Source of the DNA: Marispirochaeta sp.
GTDB taxonomy: Bacteria > Spirochaetota > Spirochaetia > JC444 > Marispirochaetaceae
Length of the DNA: 64,000 nucleotides
Assembly: GCA_963676835.2 (NCBI GenBank)
Contig: CAXXFF010000002.1
Location: 32,001-96,000, forward strand
Direction of reading: 5' to 3'
Shown here: positions 18,394 through 28,035 of the stretch, piece by piece
Numbering within the stretch: position 1 is the first letter of the stretch
Layout of the letters: every line of letters starts with the position of its first letter
Notes under the pieces: model-generated
Seen by the model: the letters and a program-made list of their open reading frames with translations, nothing else
Databases searched by the model: none
Told to the model about the DNA's origin: nothing
Program-made: the position numbers and the translations under genes

Positions 18394-19833
18394 ATGGGCA
18401 AAATGCCCCTGCTGCTGCTGTTTTCCTTTCTACTTGCACCCCTTTACAGTCAGAACAGCGGAGATTTTTCAAGCTGGCTCAACCGGGAACAACAGGCCTT
18501 TAAAGGTTACAGAGAAAAAGAAGACAGGGCATTTCAGGATTACCTGCGCCGGGAATGGGAAGCCTTCAATGCCAGCAGGGGCACCAAACAGTACGACGAA
18601 CCTAAAAATCCACGCCAGCCGGTTCTCAATGCGGGAAACAAATCCATAGCCGGCCGTCCGGATCTTTACAGCTGGAACAGCGGCAACAGTTCACGGATTC
18701 AGGCCAGCAGCTTTCTCGATTTTTCGGTCCGGGGAGTACCTTCCACCATGATCGAGCTTTTCGGCGTTTCCCTGCGGCTCCCCCGGCCCCGGCAGAATCT
18801 TCCCAGGCTGAAAAGCAGCTCATCCAGGGATATCTCTGATTATTTTGCCGACCTTTCCCAGACGGATTTCTCCAGCGTGGAAGCAGCCCTGAACAAAGCG
18901 GCGGAAAACCTCAACCTGCAGGATTGGGGATACACCCGGCTTGTACACGCCTTTGCCGCCAGAGAAGCGGGAGAAACCGCGGCAGAAGCCTACCCTCTTA
19001 CCTGGTACCTGCTTCTGAGGGCAGGATACGATGTCCGCCTTGCTTCTGACGGCACCCGGGACGGATACTATCTGCTTCTGCCGGTATCCCGAAAGCTCTA
19101 TAACATTCCTTTTGCAGGTATTGACGGCAAGGTATTCTATTTTATTGATTTTACCGGCAGGGATCGGCAGCCCACCCGGTTTTTCACCTATCCCGAGGGG
19201 CACCCCGGTGCAACCCGCATTCTTGAAGTATCTTTTCATGATCAACCGAGCCTTCCGGAGTCAGTACAGCAGAGAACCCTGGGGTTTGATTTCCAGGGGG
19301 TTCGCCATGAAATTCCCCTGCAGTACGACCGGAGTGTAATCGATTTTTACAGCGAATTTCCCCAGACCGACTTTTCCGCTTACATGGAAGCAGGAACATC
19401 AAAAACTTTTATAGCCTCCATCCATAACAGCCTTCAGCCCACACTGGATTCAATGGCTCCCCGGGAAGCGGTCAATTTTCTGCTCCGTATGGTGCAGTCT
19501 GGACTTTCCTACAGAACAGATCAGGATCAGTTTAACCGGGAAAAATGGATGCTCCCGGAAGAGACTATTCATTACCCCTATTCAGACTGTGACGACCGGG
19601 CTTTACTTTTCTCGTGGCTGGTAAAAGAGCTGTTGGGATTCAAGGTTCTCGGTATTCAGTGGACCGGACATGCCTCGACTGCAGTGGCTATTCCCGGGGC
19701 AGGAGAGGGGACACTCTTTTCCTACAAAGGTACCCAATGGACTCTATGCGATCCGACCTATCTTGGAGCAGATGCGGGAATGGTCATGCCTGCCTACAGC
19801 GGCAGCTCTTTTTCCATTATCGAAGCCCCTTAA
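18394..19833 (+). CDS. Exported hypothetical protein with a C-terminal transglutaminase-like Cys-His-Asp motif set
   Basis: Signal peptide after AAGGAG SD; YSDCDDRA, GHASTAV, CDPTY. Confidence 0.7.
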   Translation: MGKMPLLLLFSFLLAPLYSQNSGDFSSWLNREQQAFKGYREKEDRAFQDYLRREWEAFNASRGTKQYDEPKNPRQPVLNAGNKSIAGRPDLYSWNSGNSSRIQASSFLDFSVRGVPSTMIELFGVSLRLPRPRQNLPRLKSSSSRDISDYFADLSQTDFSSVEAALNKAAENLNLQDWGYTRLVHAFAAREAGETAAEAYPLTWYLLLRAGYDVRLASDGTRDGYYLLLPVSRKLYNIPFAGIDGKVFYFIDFTGRDRQPTRFFTYPEGHPGATRILEVSFHDQPSLPESVQQRTLGFDFQGVRHEIPLQYDRSVIDFYSEFPQTDFSAYMEAGTSKTFIASIHNSLQPTLDSMAPREAVNFLLRMVQSGLSYRTDQDQFNREKWMLPEETIHYPYSDCDDRALLFSWLVKELLGFKVLGIQWTGHASTAVAIPGAGEGTLFSYKGTQWTLCDPTYLGADAGMVMPAYSGSSFSIIEAP

Positions 19834-21157
19834 CAGTCCGGACAAACCAGAAATAGGCGAACAGCCCTCCCAGAATATTCGCTGCCGCAGCTGCTGCAAA
19901 GACACCCTTCCATGCGAAAAAGATCCGCAGAACAAAGGCTATGGGAATATAGAGCAGAAACATCCGTGAAAGACTTACCATGGCGGAGCGAAAGGGCTGA
20001 TTGAGACCGTTAAACCCGGAACCCGAAATCAACAGCATTCCATGAATACCGTAACTGGCGCTTACCAGCAGAAGAAAAAAGGCTGTCACCTCGATAACCG
20101 CGGGACTGGAAGTAAAAATACCTGCAATAAAAAAGCGGAAGGGAATAAGCAGTACCGTAAGCATCAGCCCCCAGGCCAGAGAGTAGCCCGCACCAGCTCT
20201 TACCCCCAGAAGAGTCCTGTCCCATTCCCGGGCGGCTGAATTCTGTCCCACGAAAGGCACCATTACCGCAGCCAGAGCCCGCATGAAACTCAAAGCCAGA
20301 GTCTCTATTCTGGTGGCAACACCGAAACCGGCCACAACATCGGTCCCGTAGACCGCAATAAGCCGGGTTATAATCCCCACGGAAACGGGCATTATCATAT
20401 TGGTGGCAGTAGCGGGTACTGCGAGACGGAACAGACGGCCCCAGTTATCCATAAGAGCCTTGAAGTTTAACCCCTCCAGACCAAGCATCTTCTCCCGGCG
20501 GATAAGAATAAACAGAGAAATGGTAAGGGTGGTCATCCGCCCGAAAACCGTTGCCAGGGCCGCGCCTTTAATTCCCATAAAGGGAAAAGGGCCCAAGCCG
20601 AAGATAAGCAGAGGATCCATTACGGCATTCATGGAGGCGCCGATTATCATAATCATGGCGGGAATACGGGTATCCCCGGTTGCCCGCAGAGCATTATTTC
20701 CCACCATGGGGATAACCACAAAGGGCATCCCCAAAAGCCAGATCTGCATGTAGTCGAGAATAAGCACCATGGTGCGGCTGTCCGCACCCAGCATGGCAAA
20801 AATAAAACGCAGCAGGGGAAAAAGCAGAACAATAAGGACTACCACCGTAGCGAGAGCAAGGAGAAGCCCGCTGGTAACAATACGCCGCACCTCTCCATGA
20901 TCTCCGCCGCCGATTGCCCGGGCTGCCAGCGCAGAGGTCCCCACTCCAATACCCAGGGCAATGCTGTTTACCACAAAAACCAGGGGAAAGGTAAAACTCA
21001 TGGCTGCCAGCGGTATGGTTCCCAGTCGGCCGACAAAAAAGGTATCCACCAGATTGAAGGCAACCATACCAAGGATCCCCACCAGCATGGGGCCGGCCAT
21101 TCTGAATATCCGTACCGAAGGGGACCCGGTAAGGAGAGATCTGCGCTGCTTATTCAT
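19817..21157 (-). CDS. MATE family efflux transporter
   Basis: NLVDTFFVGRLG, LRATGDTRIP, MDPLLIFG, GAALAT; about 12 TMs. Confidence 0.95.
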   Translation of the reverse strand: MNKQRRSLLTGSPSVRIFRMAGPMLVGILGMVAFNLVDTFFVGRLGTIPLAAMSFTFPLVFVVNSIALGIGVGTSALAARAIGGGDHGEVRRIVTSGLLLALATVVVLIVLLFPLLRFIFAMLGADSRTMVLILDYMQIWLLGMPFVVIPMVGNNALRATGDTRIPAMIMIIGASMNAVMDPLLIFGLGPFPFMGIKGAALATVFGRMTTLTISLFILIRREKMLGLEGLNFKALMDNWGRLFRLAVPATATNMIMPVSVGIITRLIAVYGTDVVAGFGVATRIETLALSFMRALAAVMVPFVGQNSAAREWDRTLLGVRAGAGYSLAWGLMLTVLLIPFRFFIAGIFTSSPAVIEVTAFFLLLVSASYGIHGMLLISGSGFNGLNQPFRSAMVSLSRMFLLYIPIAFVLRIFFAWKGVFAAAAAANILGGLFAYFWFVRTVKGLR

Positions 21158-21246
21158 ATAATAGAAAGAGTTGCATATAGAGCCTTTCGGTACAATAGTA
21201 TATTTTGTATATTAATAGAAATTCTAAAAATGCGAGGAGTTGGTAT

Positions 21247-22059
21247 ATGTTTGAATGGCTTTCTGGCTTTAGCCCCATCATGCAGGCACTTTTCGGTACA
21301 CTGTTTACCTGGTTTGCCACCGCCCTGGGTGCCGCCATGGTATTCTTTTTCAAAAAAGTAGAAAAAAAATATCTTGACGGCATGCTTGGCTTTGCTGCAG
21401 GAGTAATGATTGCCGCAAGCTTCTGGTCACTTCTGGCTCCAGCCATAGATCTCTCAGAAGAGATGGGTCTTATTCCCTGGATTCCTCCGGTTGCAGGGTT
21501 TCTTCTTGGCGGTGCCTTTCTGCGCCTGGTAGACCGGATTCTACCCCACCTGCATATAGGAGAGCCCATAGAAAATGCCGAAGGACTGAGTACCCAGTGG
21601 AAGAAGAGCATTCTCATGGTTATGGCTATTACACTGCATAACGCTCCGGAAGGGTTGGCGGTAGGTGTTGCATTCGGTGCCGTTGCCGCGGGTATTCCTT
21701 CGGCCTCGCTGGCGGGCGCAGTAGCTCTGGCGATCGGCATCGGCATACAAAACCTTCCCGAAGGCGCTGCCGTTTCCGTACCATTACGAAGGGAGGGCTT
21801 AAGCCGAAAAAAAGCCTTTATGTATGGCCAGTTATCCGGCATGGTGGAACCTGTAGCCGGTGTCCTTGGTGCAGCCCTGGTGCTGGTTATGCGGCCCATC
21901 CTCCCTTATGCTCTGGCTTTTGCGGCGGGAGCCATGATCTTCGTTGTGGTGGAAGAGGCAATTCCGGAATCCCAGAACTCGGGAAACACCCACATTGCAA
22001 CCCTGGGAGCAATGGTCGGCTTTGCGGTAATGATGAGTCTGGATGTGGCTTTGGGCTGA
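21247..22059 (+). CDS. ZIP family (GufA/ZupT-like) metal transporter
   Basis: [29 protein letters not shown] 21247 follows GAGGAG. Confidence 0.93.
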   Translation: MFEWLSGFSPIMQALFGTLFTWFATALGAAMVFFFKKVEKKYLDGMLGFAAGVMIAASFWSLLAPAIDLSEEMGLIPWIPPVAGFLLGGAFLRLVDRILPHLHIGEPIENAEGLSTQWKKSILMVMAITLHNAPEGLAVGVAFGAVAAGIPSASLAGAVALAIGIGIQNLPEGAAVSVPLRREGLSRKKAFMYGQLSGMVEPVAGVLGAALVLVMRPILPYALAFAAGAMIFVVVEEAIPESQNSGNTHIATLGAMVGFAVMMSLDVALG

Positions 22060-22060
22060 C

Positions 22061-22819
22061 CTATCGGGCCAGCCAGCCGCCGTCTACTGCAATTGTTTCC
22101 CCGTGCATATAGTCCGAAGCTGAAGATGCGAGAAAAACCGCCGGCCCCATCATATCTTCCGGGTTTCCCCAGCGCCCTGCAGGAATCCGTTCAAGAATTG
22201 CCGCGTAACGCTGCTTATCCGCCCGAAGGGCCTCAGTGTTGTTGGTAACCATATATCCCGGTGCTATTCCGTTAACATTGATTCTGTGAGGCGCCCACTC
22301 ATTTGCCATGGCTTTCGTAAGCCCTAAAACAGCACTCTTGCTGGCAGTATATGAGGGAACCCGGATACCCCCCTGATAGGAGAGCATGGAAGCAATATTG
22401 ATTATTTTTCCCCCGCTTTTCTGCTGGATAAACTGACCGGCTGCCTTCTGGCTCAGAAAGAACAGTGATTTAAGATTCAGGTTCAGCACATCATCCCAAT
22501 CTACTTCACTGAAATCAATTGCATCCTCACGGCGGATAATTCCCGCATTGTTAACCAGAATATCAACATGGCCGAAAGCAGCAAGGGTCTCAGACAATAT
22601 TCTCTCCACCGGCTCCACAGACGTGAGATCCGCTTTTATGGAAATAAACTGCTTTCCAAGATCCTCGATGGTTTTCCGGGTTTCTGAAGGTTCGCTCAGC
22701 CCCACACCGACGATATTGGCTCCAGCCCGGGCCAGTCCCACGGCAATACCCTGGCCCAGACCAGTGGAACAGCCGGTAACAATTGCTGTTTTTCCGTTTA
22801 AATCAAATGAATAACTCAT
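22061..22819 (-). CDS. kduD: 2-dehydro-3-deoxy-D-gluconate 5-dehydrogenase (SDR)
   Basis: TGCSTGLG, NNAGIIRR, QGGIRVPSYTASK, VDGGWLAR; adjacent to kduI. Confidence 0.95.
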   Translation of the reverse strand: MSYSFDLNGKTAIVTGCSTGLGQGIAVGLARAGANIVGVGLSEPSETRKTIEDLGKQFISIKADLTSVEPVERILSETLAAFGHVDILVNNAGIIRREDAIDFSEVDWDDVLNLNLKSLFFLSQKAAGQFIQQKSGGKIINIASMLSYQGGIRVPSYTASKSAVLGLTKAMANEWAPHRINVNGIAPGYMVTNNTEALRADKQRYAAILERIPAGRWGNPEDMMGPAVFLASSASDYMHGETIAVDGGWLAR

Positions 22820-22846
22820 AAACACATCCTTCCTTGCAGTACAGGC

Positions 22847-23680
22847 CTAGGCCATATCATCCATGGACGCCCAGTCCATATCATCAAAGGTTTGATTCTC
22901 ACCCACCATGCCCCAGATAAAGGTGTAATTGCCCGTGCCGACGCCGGAATGAATGGACCAGCTGGGAGAAATAACTGCTTCCTCATTGCGGACAAGAATA
23001 TGCCGGGTTTCATCGGGTTTGCCCATAAGGTGAAAAACAGCCTGGTCAGAGTCCAGTTCAAAATAGAAATAGACTTCCATCCGGCGCTCATGGGTATGGG
23101 CAGGCATGGTATTCCAGACATTCCCCGGTGCAAGTTCGGTATAGCCCATTACAAGCTGACAGGATGTTGTTACATCGGGGTGAATAACCTGCTTTATCAC
23201 CCGCTTGTTACAGGCTTCATCAGACCCGAGACGTACTTCCCGGGCATTTTCCACCGGAATATGGCAGGTGCTGTGTTTTTTATGGGCCGTTCCGCTGAGA
23301 GCATAAAATTTTGCCGGGTTTGAAGGATCACTGCTGAAAAACTCAATATTACGGGTACCCATACCTATATAGATACCGTCTTTATATTTGAGAGAGTATT
23401 CACTTCCGTCAGCCGCAATTTTCCCTGGACCACCAACATTGATTACCCCCAGCTCACGGCGTTCAAGGAAATAGTCAACGCCGAAAATCTCTCTACTTAC
23501 TTCTATGTGAAGAGATTTTTCAACAGGACAGATTCCGGCGGTAACAATCCGGTCGATATGGCTGTAAACCATCTTTACCTTGCCGGGCTGAAAAAGTTCC
23601 TGAATTAAAAACTCTTTTCGAAGACCAACTGTATCGAGCTGCTTGCCATGATCGGGATGTATGGGATGACGTATTTCCAT
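22847..23680 (-). CDS. kduI: 5-dehydro-4-deoxy-D-glucuronate isomerase
   Basis: YSHIDR, FLERRELG, WNTMPAHTHERRMEVY, SPSWSIHSG, GENQTFDDM. Confidence 0.97.
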   Translation of the reverse strand: MEIRHPIHPDHGKQLDTVGLRKEFLIQELFQPGKVKMVYSHIDRIVTAGICPVEKSLHIEVSREIFGVDYFLERRELGVINVGGPGKIAADGSEYSLKYKDGIYIGMGTRNIEFFSSDPSNPAKFYALSGTAHKKHSTCHIPVENAREVRLGSDEACNKRVIKQVIHPDVTTSCQLVMGYTELAPGNVWNTMPAHTHERRMEVYFYFELDSDQAVFHLMGKPDETRHILVRNEEAVISPSWSIHSGVGTGNYTFIWGMVGENQTFDDMDWASMDDMA

Positions 23681-23697
23681 CTAATGCTCCTCATAGA

Positions 23698-23734
23698 GTT
23701 CCATATTATGAAACTCTGTTTCATAATATGCATA
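23698..23734. promoter_or_regulatory. IclR/KdgR-type operator upstream of kduI
   Basis: GTTCCATATTATGAAAC (23698-23714) and GTTTCATAATATGCATA (23718-23734) together form the 13-bp inverted repeat CATATTATGAAAC-tct-GTTTCATAATATG. Confidence 0.75.
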
Positions 23735-23794
23735 ATGCACCAGATGTGCCGACAGGTCAAGGCAAAGATGAGAAAGCGAGCTAAAGAGAGTTAA

Positions 23795-24595
23795 TCAGGA
23801 GCCTGAGGAAAATCTGCTGCCAGTATATCCAAGACGAGCGGATATTTTCTGCGCCGTGTCACGAACCAGAGATCCTACATCGTCAACGGAATTTCCGGAA
23901 TCAGGCCCGTTCCAGGCCGTGCTGATGGCAGCAATAACCCGGCTCCGGTAATCATAGATCGGCGCTCCCGCACATCGGGTACCGTATTCCCACTCTTCGT
24001 CATCGATACTGTAACCTGTACTGCGGAATCGATGTATCTGAGAGATAAGGGCCTCAACATCCACCACACTGTTCGCTGTCCGTTGTTCACGCTGTTCGCC
24101 GGAAAAGATTCGGTTAAGGGATGCATCATCCTCATCAAAAAGCAGACACTTTCCAATAGCAGTACAATAAAAAGGTCGCCTCTGGCCGATAATGGCAAAT
24201 CGTCGGGAACTGTCATACTTTTCAATCTTATCGATATATACAACTTCATTATCTTTACGGATGGCAAGAAACACAACCTGCGACAACCGCCCGGCAAGTT
24301 CGCGCATATAGTACTCAGCTTCTGTTTTAAGTTCTATTCGGCTGAGATACAGACCCGACATATGCACGAAACCGAGCCCCAGTCTGTATGTATTGGTCCT
24401 GCTCTCTTTTTCAACATATTTTCTCTGTAAAAGTTCACCTAACAGGCGGTGAACAGTGCTTTTATGCAGGGATAACTGTACAGATATTTCTGTAAGAGTA
24501 AGTCCTTGATGATCCCGGGAAAGAAGTTCAATTATATCAAATGCACGCCCTATAGACTGTACAGATGTCTTCGGTGCTGTTTCCGGCTGTTTCAT
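23795..24595 (-). CDS. IclR family transcriptional regulator (KdgR-like by context)
   Basis: VQSIGRAFDIIELL, LHKSTVHRLL, CTAIGK, GYSIDDEE. Start moved to ATG 24595. Confidence 0.93.
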   Translation of the reverse strand: MKQPETAPKTSVQSIGRAFDIIELLSRDHQGLTLTEISVQLSLHKSTVHRLLGELLQRKYVEKESRTNTYRLGLGFVHMSGLYLSRIELKTEAEYYMRELAGRLSQVVFLAIRKDNEVVYIDKIEKYDSSRRFAIIGQRRPFYCTAIGKCLLFDEDDASLNRIFSGEQREQRTANSVVDVEALISQIHRFRSTGYSIDDEEWEYGTRCAGAPIYDYRSRVIAAISTAWNGPDSGNSVDDVGSLVRDTAQKISARLGYTGSRFSSGS

Positions 24596-24607
24596 ATTGT
24601 GGAACAG
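24587..24607. promoter_or_regulatory. Second IclR-type operator overlapping the regulator's start codon
   Basis: CTGTTTCATATTGTGGAACAG; its reverse-complement core GTTCCACAATATGAAAC matches the kduI site at 15 of 17 positions. Confidence 0.7.
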
Positions 24608-24635
24608 ACTACCATATTTGAAAAACTCAGTACAT

Positions 24636-24668
24636 AAAAAAGTTCCCGCCAAAAAAGCGGGAACTTTT
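24636..24668 (-). terminator. Intrinsic terminator (possibly bidirectional) after the DUF2202 gene
   Basis: AAAAGTTCCCGC/GCGGGAACTTTT. Confidence 0.8.
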
Positions 24669-24689
24669 ATCCTTGTATCAGGAATTCTA

Positions 24690-25517
24690 TCAGAATACGT
24701 AATCAGGATCCTCAATGGGAGCAGTCTCCTGGTTTATGTTGATCACCTTTTCCAGATAATCCTGGCTGATAAACTGCGCCTCATAGGACTCATTTTCCCG
24801 GTCAAGCTGCCGCAGGAAAGAACGCAGATGATTCCTGCTTCCCTTCATTAGATTCTGATACAGAATTCCGATATCCTTGTTGTCAGACTCTGCAAGGGCA
24901 TCCTGAAGATCCTTTATATCCAGATCCTCAATGGTCGCTCCGATATTGAGGGCAGCCACGATGGAACTGCGTCCTTCTTCAGTGAGGGAATCGTACAGCT
25001 TCTGAAGTTCGGGGTTTTCAAAAACGCCGGGTGCGGAATCTGCTGCAGGATCTTCAAGACCATAGCGGTCAAGAAGCAGCTTGATTGAATCCATGTGCTG
25101 CGCTTCGCTTCGGGCTATGTTATTGAATACCGGAATATTCCAGGTTTCATACAGAGCCAGGTATACATCCCGGGCCAGTTTTTCCTCTTCCCTCATATAG
25201 GCAAGTGCATCCGCTTCTGCAGCATCGACGGACTCTTTTTCCGTTGCATTCAGAAGAACCTGCATATCTCCTGCGAAGCCCTCTTCGTAGCCATAGGCTC
25301 CGCCGGCACCATTTCCTGCAGCACTCTGGCCTGCACCGTTGCCGCGGCCGCCTCCCATTCCACCGCCGGCACCCCGGCCGGATCCGTCACGCAATCCCTG
25401 TCCTTGTCCCTGCCCCTGTCCATATATGGACGACTCCTGTGATCCGTTTGCAAATAAAAGTCCTGCCGCAGCAACAACCAGTGAAATAACTAAAACAGTA
25501 AGGATGATTTTCTTCAT
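24690..25517 (-). CDS. Exported DUF2202 ferritin-like protein with a Gly-rich linker
   Basis: MREEEKLARDVY, SEAQH, IEDLDI, GSRNHLRSF; GQGQGQG/GGG linker after the signal peptide. Confidence 0.88.
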   Translation of the reverse strand: MKKIILTVLVISLVVAAAGLLFANGSQESSIYGQGQGQGQGLRDGSGRGAGGGMGGGRGNGAGQSAAGNGAGGAYGYEEGFAGDMQVLLNATEKESVDAAEADALAYMREEEKLARDVYLALYETWNIPVFNNIARSEAQHMDSIKLLLDRYGLEDPAADSAPGVFENPELQKLYDSLTEEGRSSIVAALNIGATIEDLDIKDLQDALAESDNKDIGILYQNLMKGSRNHLRSFLRQLDRENESYEAQFISQDYLEKVININQETAPIEDPDYVF

Positions 25518-25563
25518 CTTAACACCTCCAATCAGTGAATATGAAATAAATCTAACCGGGCCG

Positions 25564-25666
25564 TATGGAGATCATGTGAAGATAATCTGAAAGATTTGTG
25601 GACTTTCCCGTTCATTCTTCACTATTTCTTCACAATTCCTCCATCGTCCCTCCACAGGGGTAAAAT
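25564..25666. promoter_or_regulatory. Divergent promoter region with two oppositely oriented arrays of ~11-bp direct repeats (OmpR/BaeR-type boxes)
   Basis: Plus strand TTCTTCACTAT-TTCTTCACAAT-TCCTCCATCGT-CCCTCCACA then TAAAAT. Minus strand GTCCAC-AAATCTTTCAG-ATTATCTTCAC-ATGATCTCCAT. Confidence 0.6.
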
Positions 25667-25737
25667 ATTCTCTATACTATCTTATGGTTAATAGAACGAT
25701 TTTCGTTCTCATTAAAAACAGAAAAAGGAGAAAAGAA

Positions 25738-26586
25738 ATGGCCAGGAACCGGACAAAAGGCGGAAGAATCCGTCTGGGATTACAGATTTTCTTTCTGGTG
25801 CTTATCGCTCTCATAGCGATAAATCACAGCCTTGCCGAAACAGGAGTTGAAATTCCTCTGGTTGGAGCAGCCTCGCTGCATGCAATCTGTCCCTTCGGCG
25901 GAGTTGTATCTATTTATCAGTATATTACTGCCGGAACTTTTGTGAAGAAAATTCATGAATCTTCATTTATTCTCATGTGGATAGCATTTGCCCTGGCAGT
26001 TGCATTCGGGCCGGTTTTCTGCGGCTGGATATGTCCATTCGGGACCTTCCAGGAGCTTCTGGCCAAACTGGGCAGGAAGATCTTTAAAAGGCGGTATAAC
26101 ACCTTTATTCCCCCCAAGGTCGACCGGGTGCTCCGCTATCTCCGCTATCTGCTTCTGGCGCAGGTGCTGTATATGACCGCCCGCTCCGGGACCCTGCTTT
26201 TTGCCGATATTGATCCCTACTATGCCCTGTTCAATTTCTGGACCGGCGAAGTGGCTATATCAGCCTATATAGTCCTTGGTATTGTTATACTTTCATCCCT
26301 CTTTGTTGAGCGGCCCTTCTGCAAGTACGCCTGCCCCTACGGAGCAGTGCTGGGGCTGACCAATCTTTTCCGGATATTCGGGATCAAGCGCAACGCGTCC
26401 ACCTGTATAGACTGCAAGGCCTGCGATAAGGCCTGCCCGATGAATATAGAAGTCTCCACCGGAAAGTCCGTAAGAAACCACCAGTGCATAAGCTGCATGA
26501 AATGTACCAGCGAACAGTTCTGTCCTGTGGAATCCACCGTCGAGATGGCCTTCGGCTCCATCGAAACCAAAAAACTGGAGGCATAA
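25738..26586 (+). CDS. Membrane 4Fe-4S binding protein (NapH/YccM/NosR-like)
   Basis: CPFG, CGWICPFG, CKYACPYG, CIDCKACDKACP, CISCMKC...CP. ATG 25738 follows AGGAG. Confidence 0.92.
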   Translation: MARNRTKGGRIRLGLQIFFLVLIALIAINHSLAETGVEIPLVGAASLHAICPFGGVVSIYQYITAGTFVKKIHESSFILMWIAFALAVAFGPVFCGWICPFGTFQELLAKLGRKIFKRRYNTFIPPKVDRVLRYLRYLLLAQVLYMTARSGTLLFADIDPYYALFNFWTGEVAISAYIVLGIVILSSLFVERPFCKYACPYGAVLGLTNLFRIFGIKRNASTCIDCKACDKACPMNIEVSTGKSVRNHQCISCMKCTSEQFCPVESTVEMAFGSIETKKLEA

Positions 26587-26587
26587 G

Positions 26588-27325
26588 ATGAAACTGCGTT
26601 CAAAACAGCTGGCCCCGATTATTGCCCTTGCCTTTATTGTCGGCATAGGACTTACCATGGTCTTTAATATCTGGATTACCGAATCAAGCAAGGTGCCTGC
26701 CACCTATGTAAGCGGCGAGTTTGCAGGAGAGTACAATCCCGGAGATATCCGCGGCTCCTACTCCTTCGATGATATTGAGAAAGCCTTCAAGGTTCCCGTT
26801 GAGGTTCTGGCAAAGGCCTTTGGCGTAGAAGACCGCTCCAATCCCGGAGATTTTCAGGCAAAGGAACTGGAAGAGATGTTCGGACCCCAGGATGACGGCG
26901 GTGAAGTGGGAACCGATGCGGTAAGGCTTTTTACCGCCCGTTACACCGGTCTGCCCTATACTCCGGAAGAGACCACCCGCCTTCCCAACCCTGCTGTAGC
27001 CCTGCTGAAGGACAAACTGAGTACCGCAGACTTTCAGGCACTTCAGAAAATCGGTGTAAGCCTTGGCGATCTGACTCCGGCAGAGGCTGTTGAGGGAACA
27101 GCCGAAGTGGTGGAGCACGCTACAGATGAAGAGATGGCCATAAAGGGCAAAACAACCTTTGACGATCTGCTCAGCTGGGGCCTCACCAAAGAGGAAATTG
27201 AGGGTATACTGGGAATGCCCATGGGAACCCGGGCAACCGCCATCAGGGATTTTGTGATGGAACAGGGCCTGGAGTTTTCTGAGTACAAGGACCAGCTTCA
27301 GCAGCTGCTTGATGCGAAGAACTGA
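26588..27325 (+). CDS. Membrane-anchored hypothetical protein with two related small domains
   Basis: N-terminal TM; IRGSYSFDDI and IKGKTTFDDL repeats; coupled to the upstream gene. Confidence 0.8.
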   Translation: MKLRSKQLAPIIALAFIVGIGLTMVFNIWITESSKVPATYVSGEFAGEYNPGDIRGSYSFDDIEKAFKVPVEVLAKAFGVEDRSNPGDFQAKELEEMFGPQDDGGEVGTDAVRLFTARYTGLPYTPEETTRLPNPAVALLKDKLSTADFQALQKIGVSLGDLTPAEAVEGTAEVVEHATDEEMAIKGKTTFDDLLSWGLTKEEIEGILGMPMGTRATAIRDFVMEQGLEFSEYKDQLQQLLDAKN

Positions 27326-27348
27326 TACCAGACCGACAGGAGAGAGAG

Positions 27349-28035
27349 ATGACCGTCTATATTGTGGAAGACAACCCCAATGTACGAGAAGCACTGGCGG
27401 GATATCTTAAACTTGAAGGAATAGAGGTCGCCGAGTTCGGCGACCTCACCTCAGCTGAAAGCAGGTTGAAAAAAGAAACGCCGGACCTCCTGGTGCTGGA
27501 TGTAATGCTTCCCGACGGTGACGGCTTTCTGTTTGCAAAAAACATTAAAAAGAGGATGGATGTCCCAATTCTCTTTCTTACCGCCAGAGATCAGGAATCC
27601 GACCGTATTACCGGGCTGGAATTAGGTGCAGATGACTATGTGGTTAAGCCTTTCAGTCCAAGGGAAGTTGTGTTAAGAATACAGGCAATCCTTAAACGTA
27701 CCCAAACAGCAGAAGTGAGCCTCCAGAAAACCGGAACCTACACTCTGGGGAATAATACCCTGGAACTCCAGAAAGAGACCCACCGGATTCTCATAAACGG
27801 AACCGCCGCCTCCCTCACTGCAGCAGAATGGAACATTCTTACCCATCTGATTGAGCATCAGCCCCAGGTTTTCAACCGCCTTCAGTTACTGGAAAGCTGC
27901 CTTGGTTCTCTGGCGGAAGGTTCTGAGCGGACTATAGATACCCATATAAAAAATTTACGGCGAAAACTGGAGAACGAAACCTGGGTGGAAACCGTTCGCG
28001 GCTTCGGTTACCGCTTTAACGGCGAACCACAGTGA
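27349..28035 (+). CDS. OmpR/PhoB family response regulator
   Basis: VEDN, LDVMLP, GADDYVVKPF, TIDTHIKNLRRKL, VRGFGYRF. Confidence 0.96.
   Translation: MTVYIVEDNPNVREALAGYLKLEGIEVAEFGDLTSAESRLKKETPDLLVLDVMLPDGDGFLFAKNIKKRMDVPILFLTARDQESDRITGLELGADDYVVKPFSPREVVLRIQAILKRTQTAEVSLQKTGTYTLGNNTLELQKETHRILINGTAASLTAAEWNILTHLIEHQPQVFNRLQLLESCLGSLAEGSERTIDTHIKNLRRKLENETWVETVRGFGYRFNGEPQ

Noticed and set aside
21150..21899. 249-aa minus-strand ORF, and similar shadows at 12726-13439, 26684-27394, 39782-40630 and 43706-44377
   Set aside because: Each overlaps a well-supported gene on the opposite strand and has no domain features.
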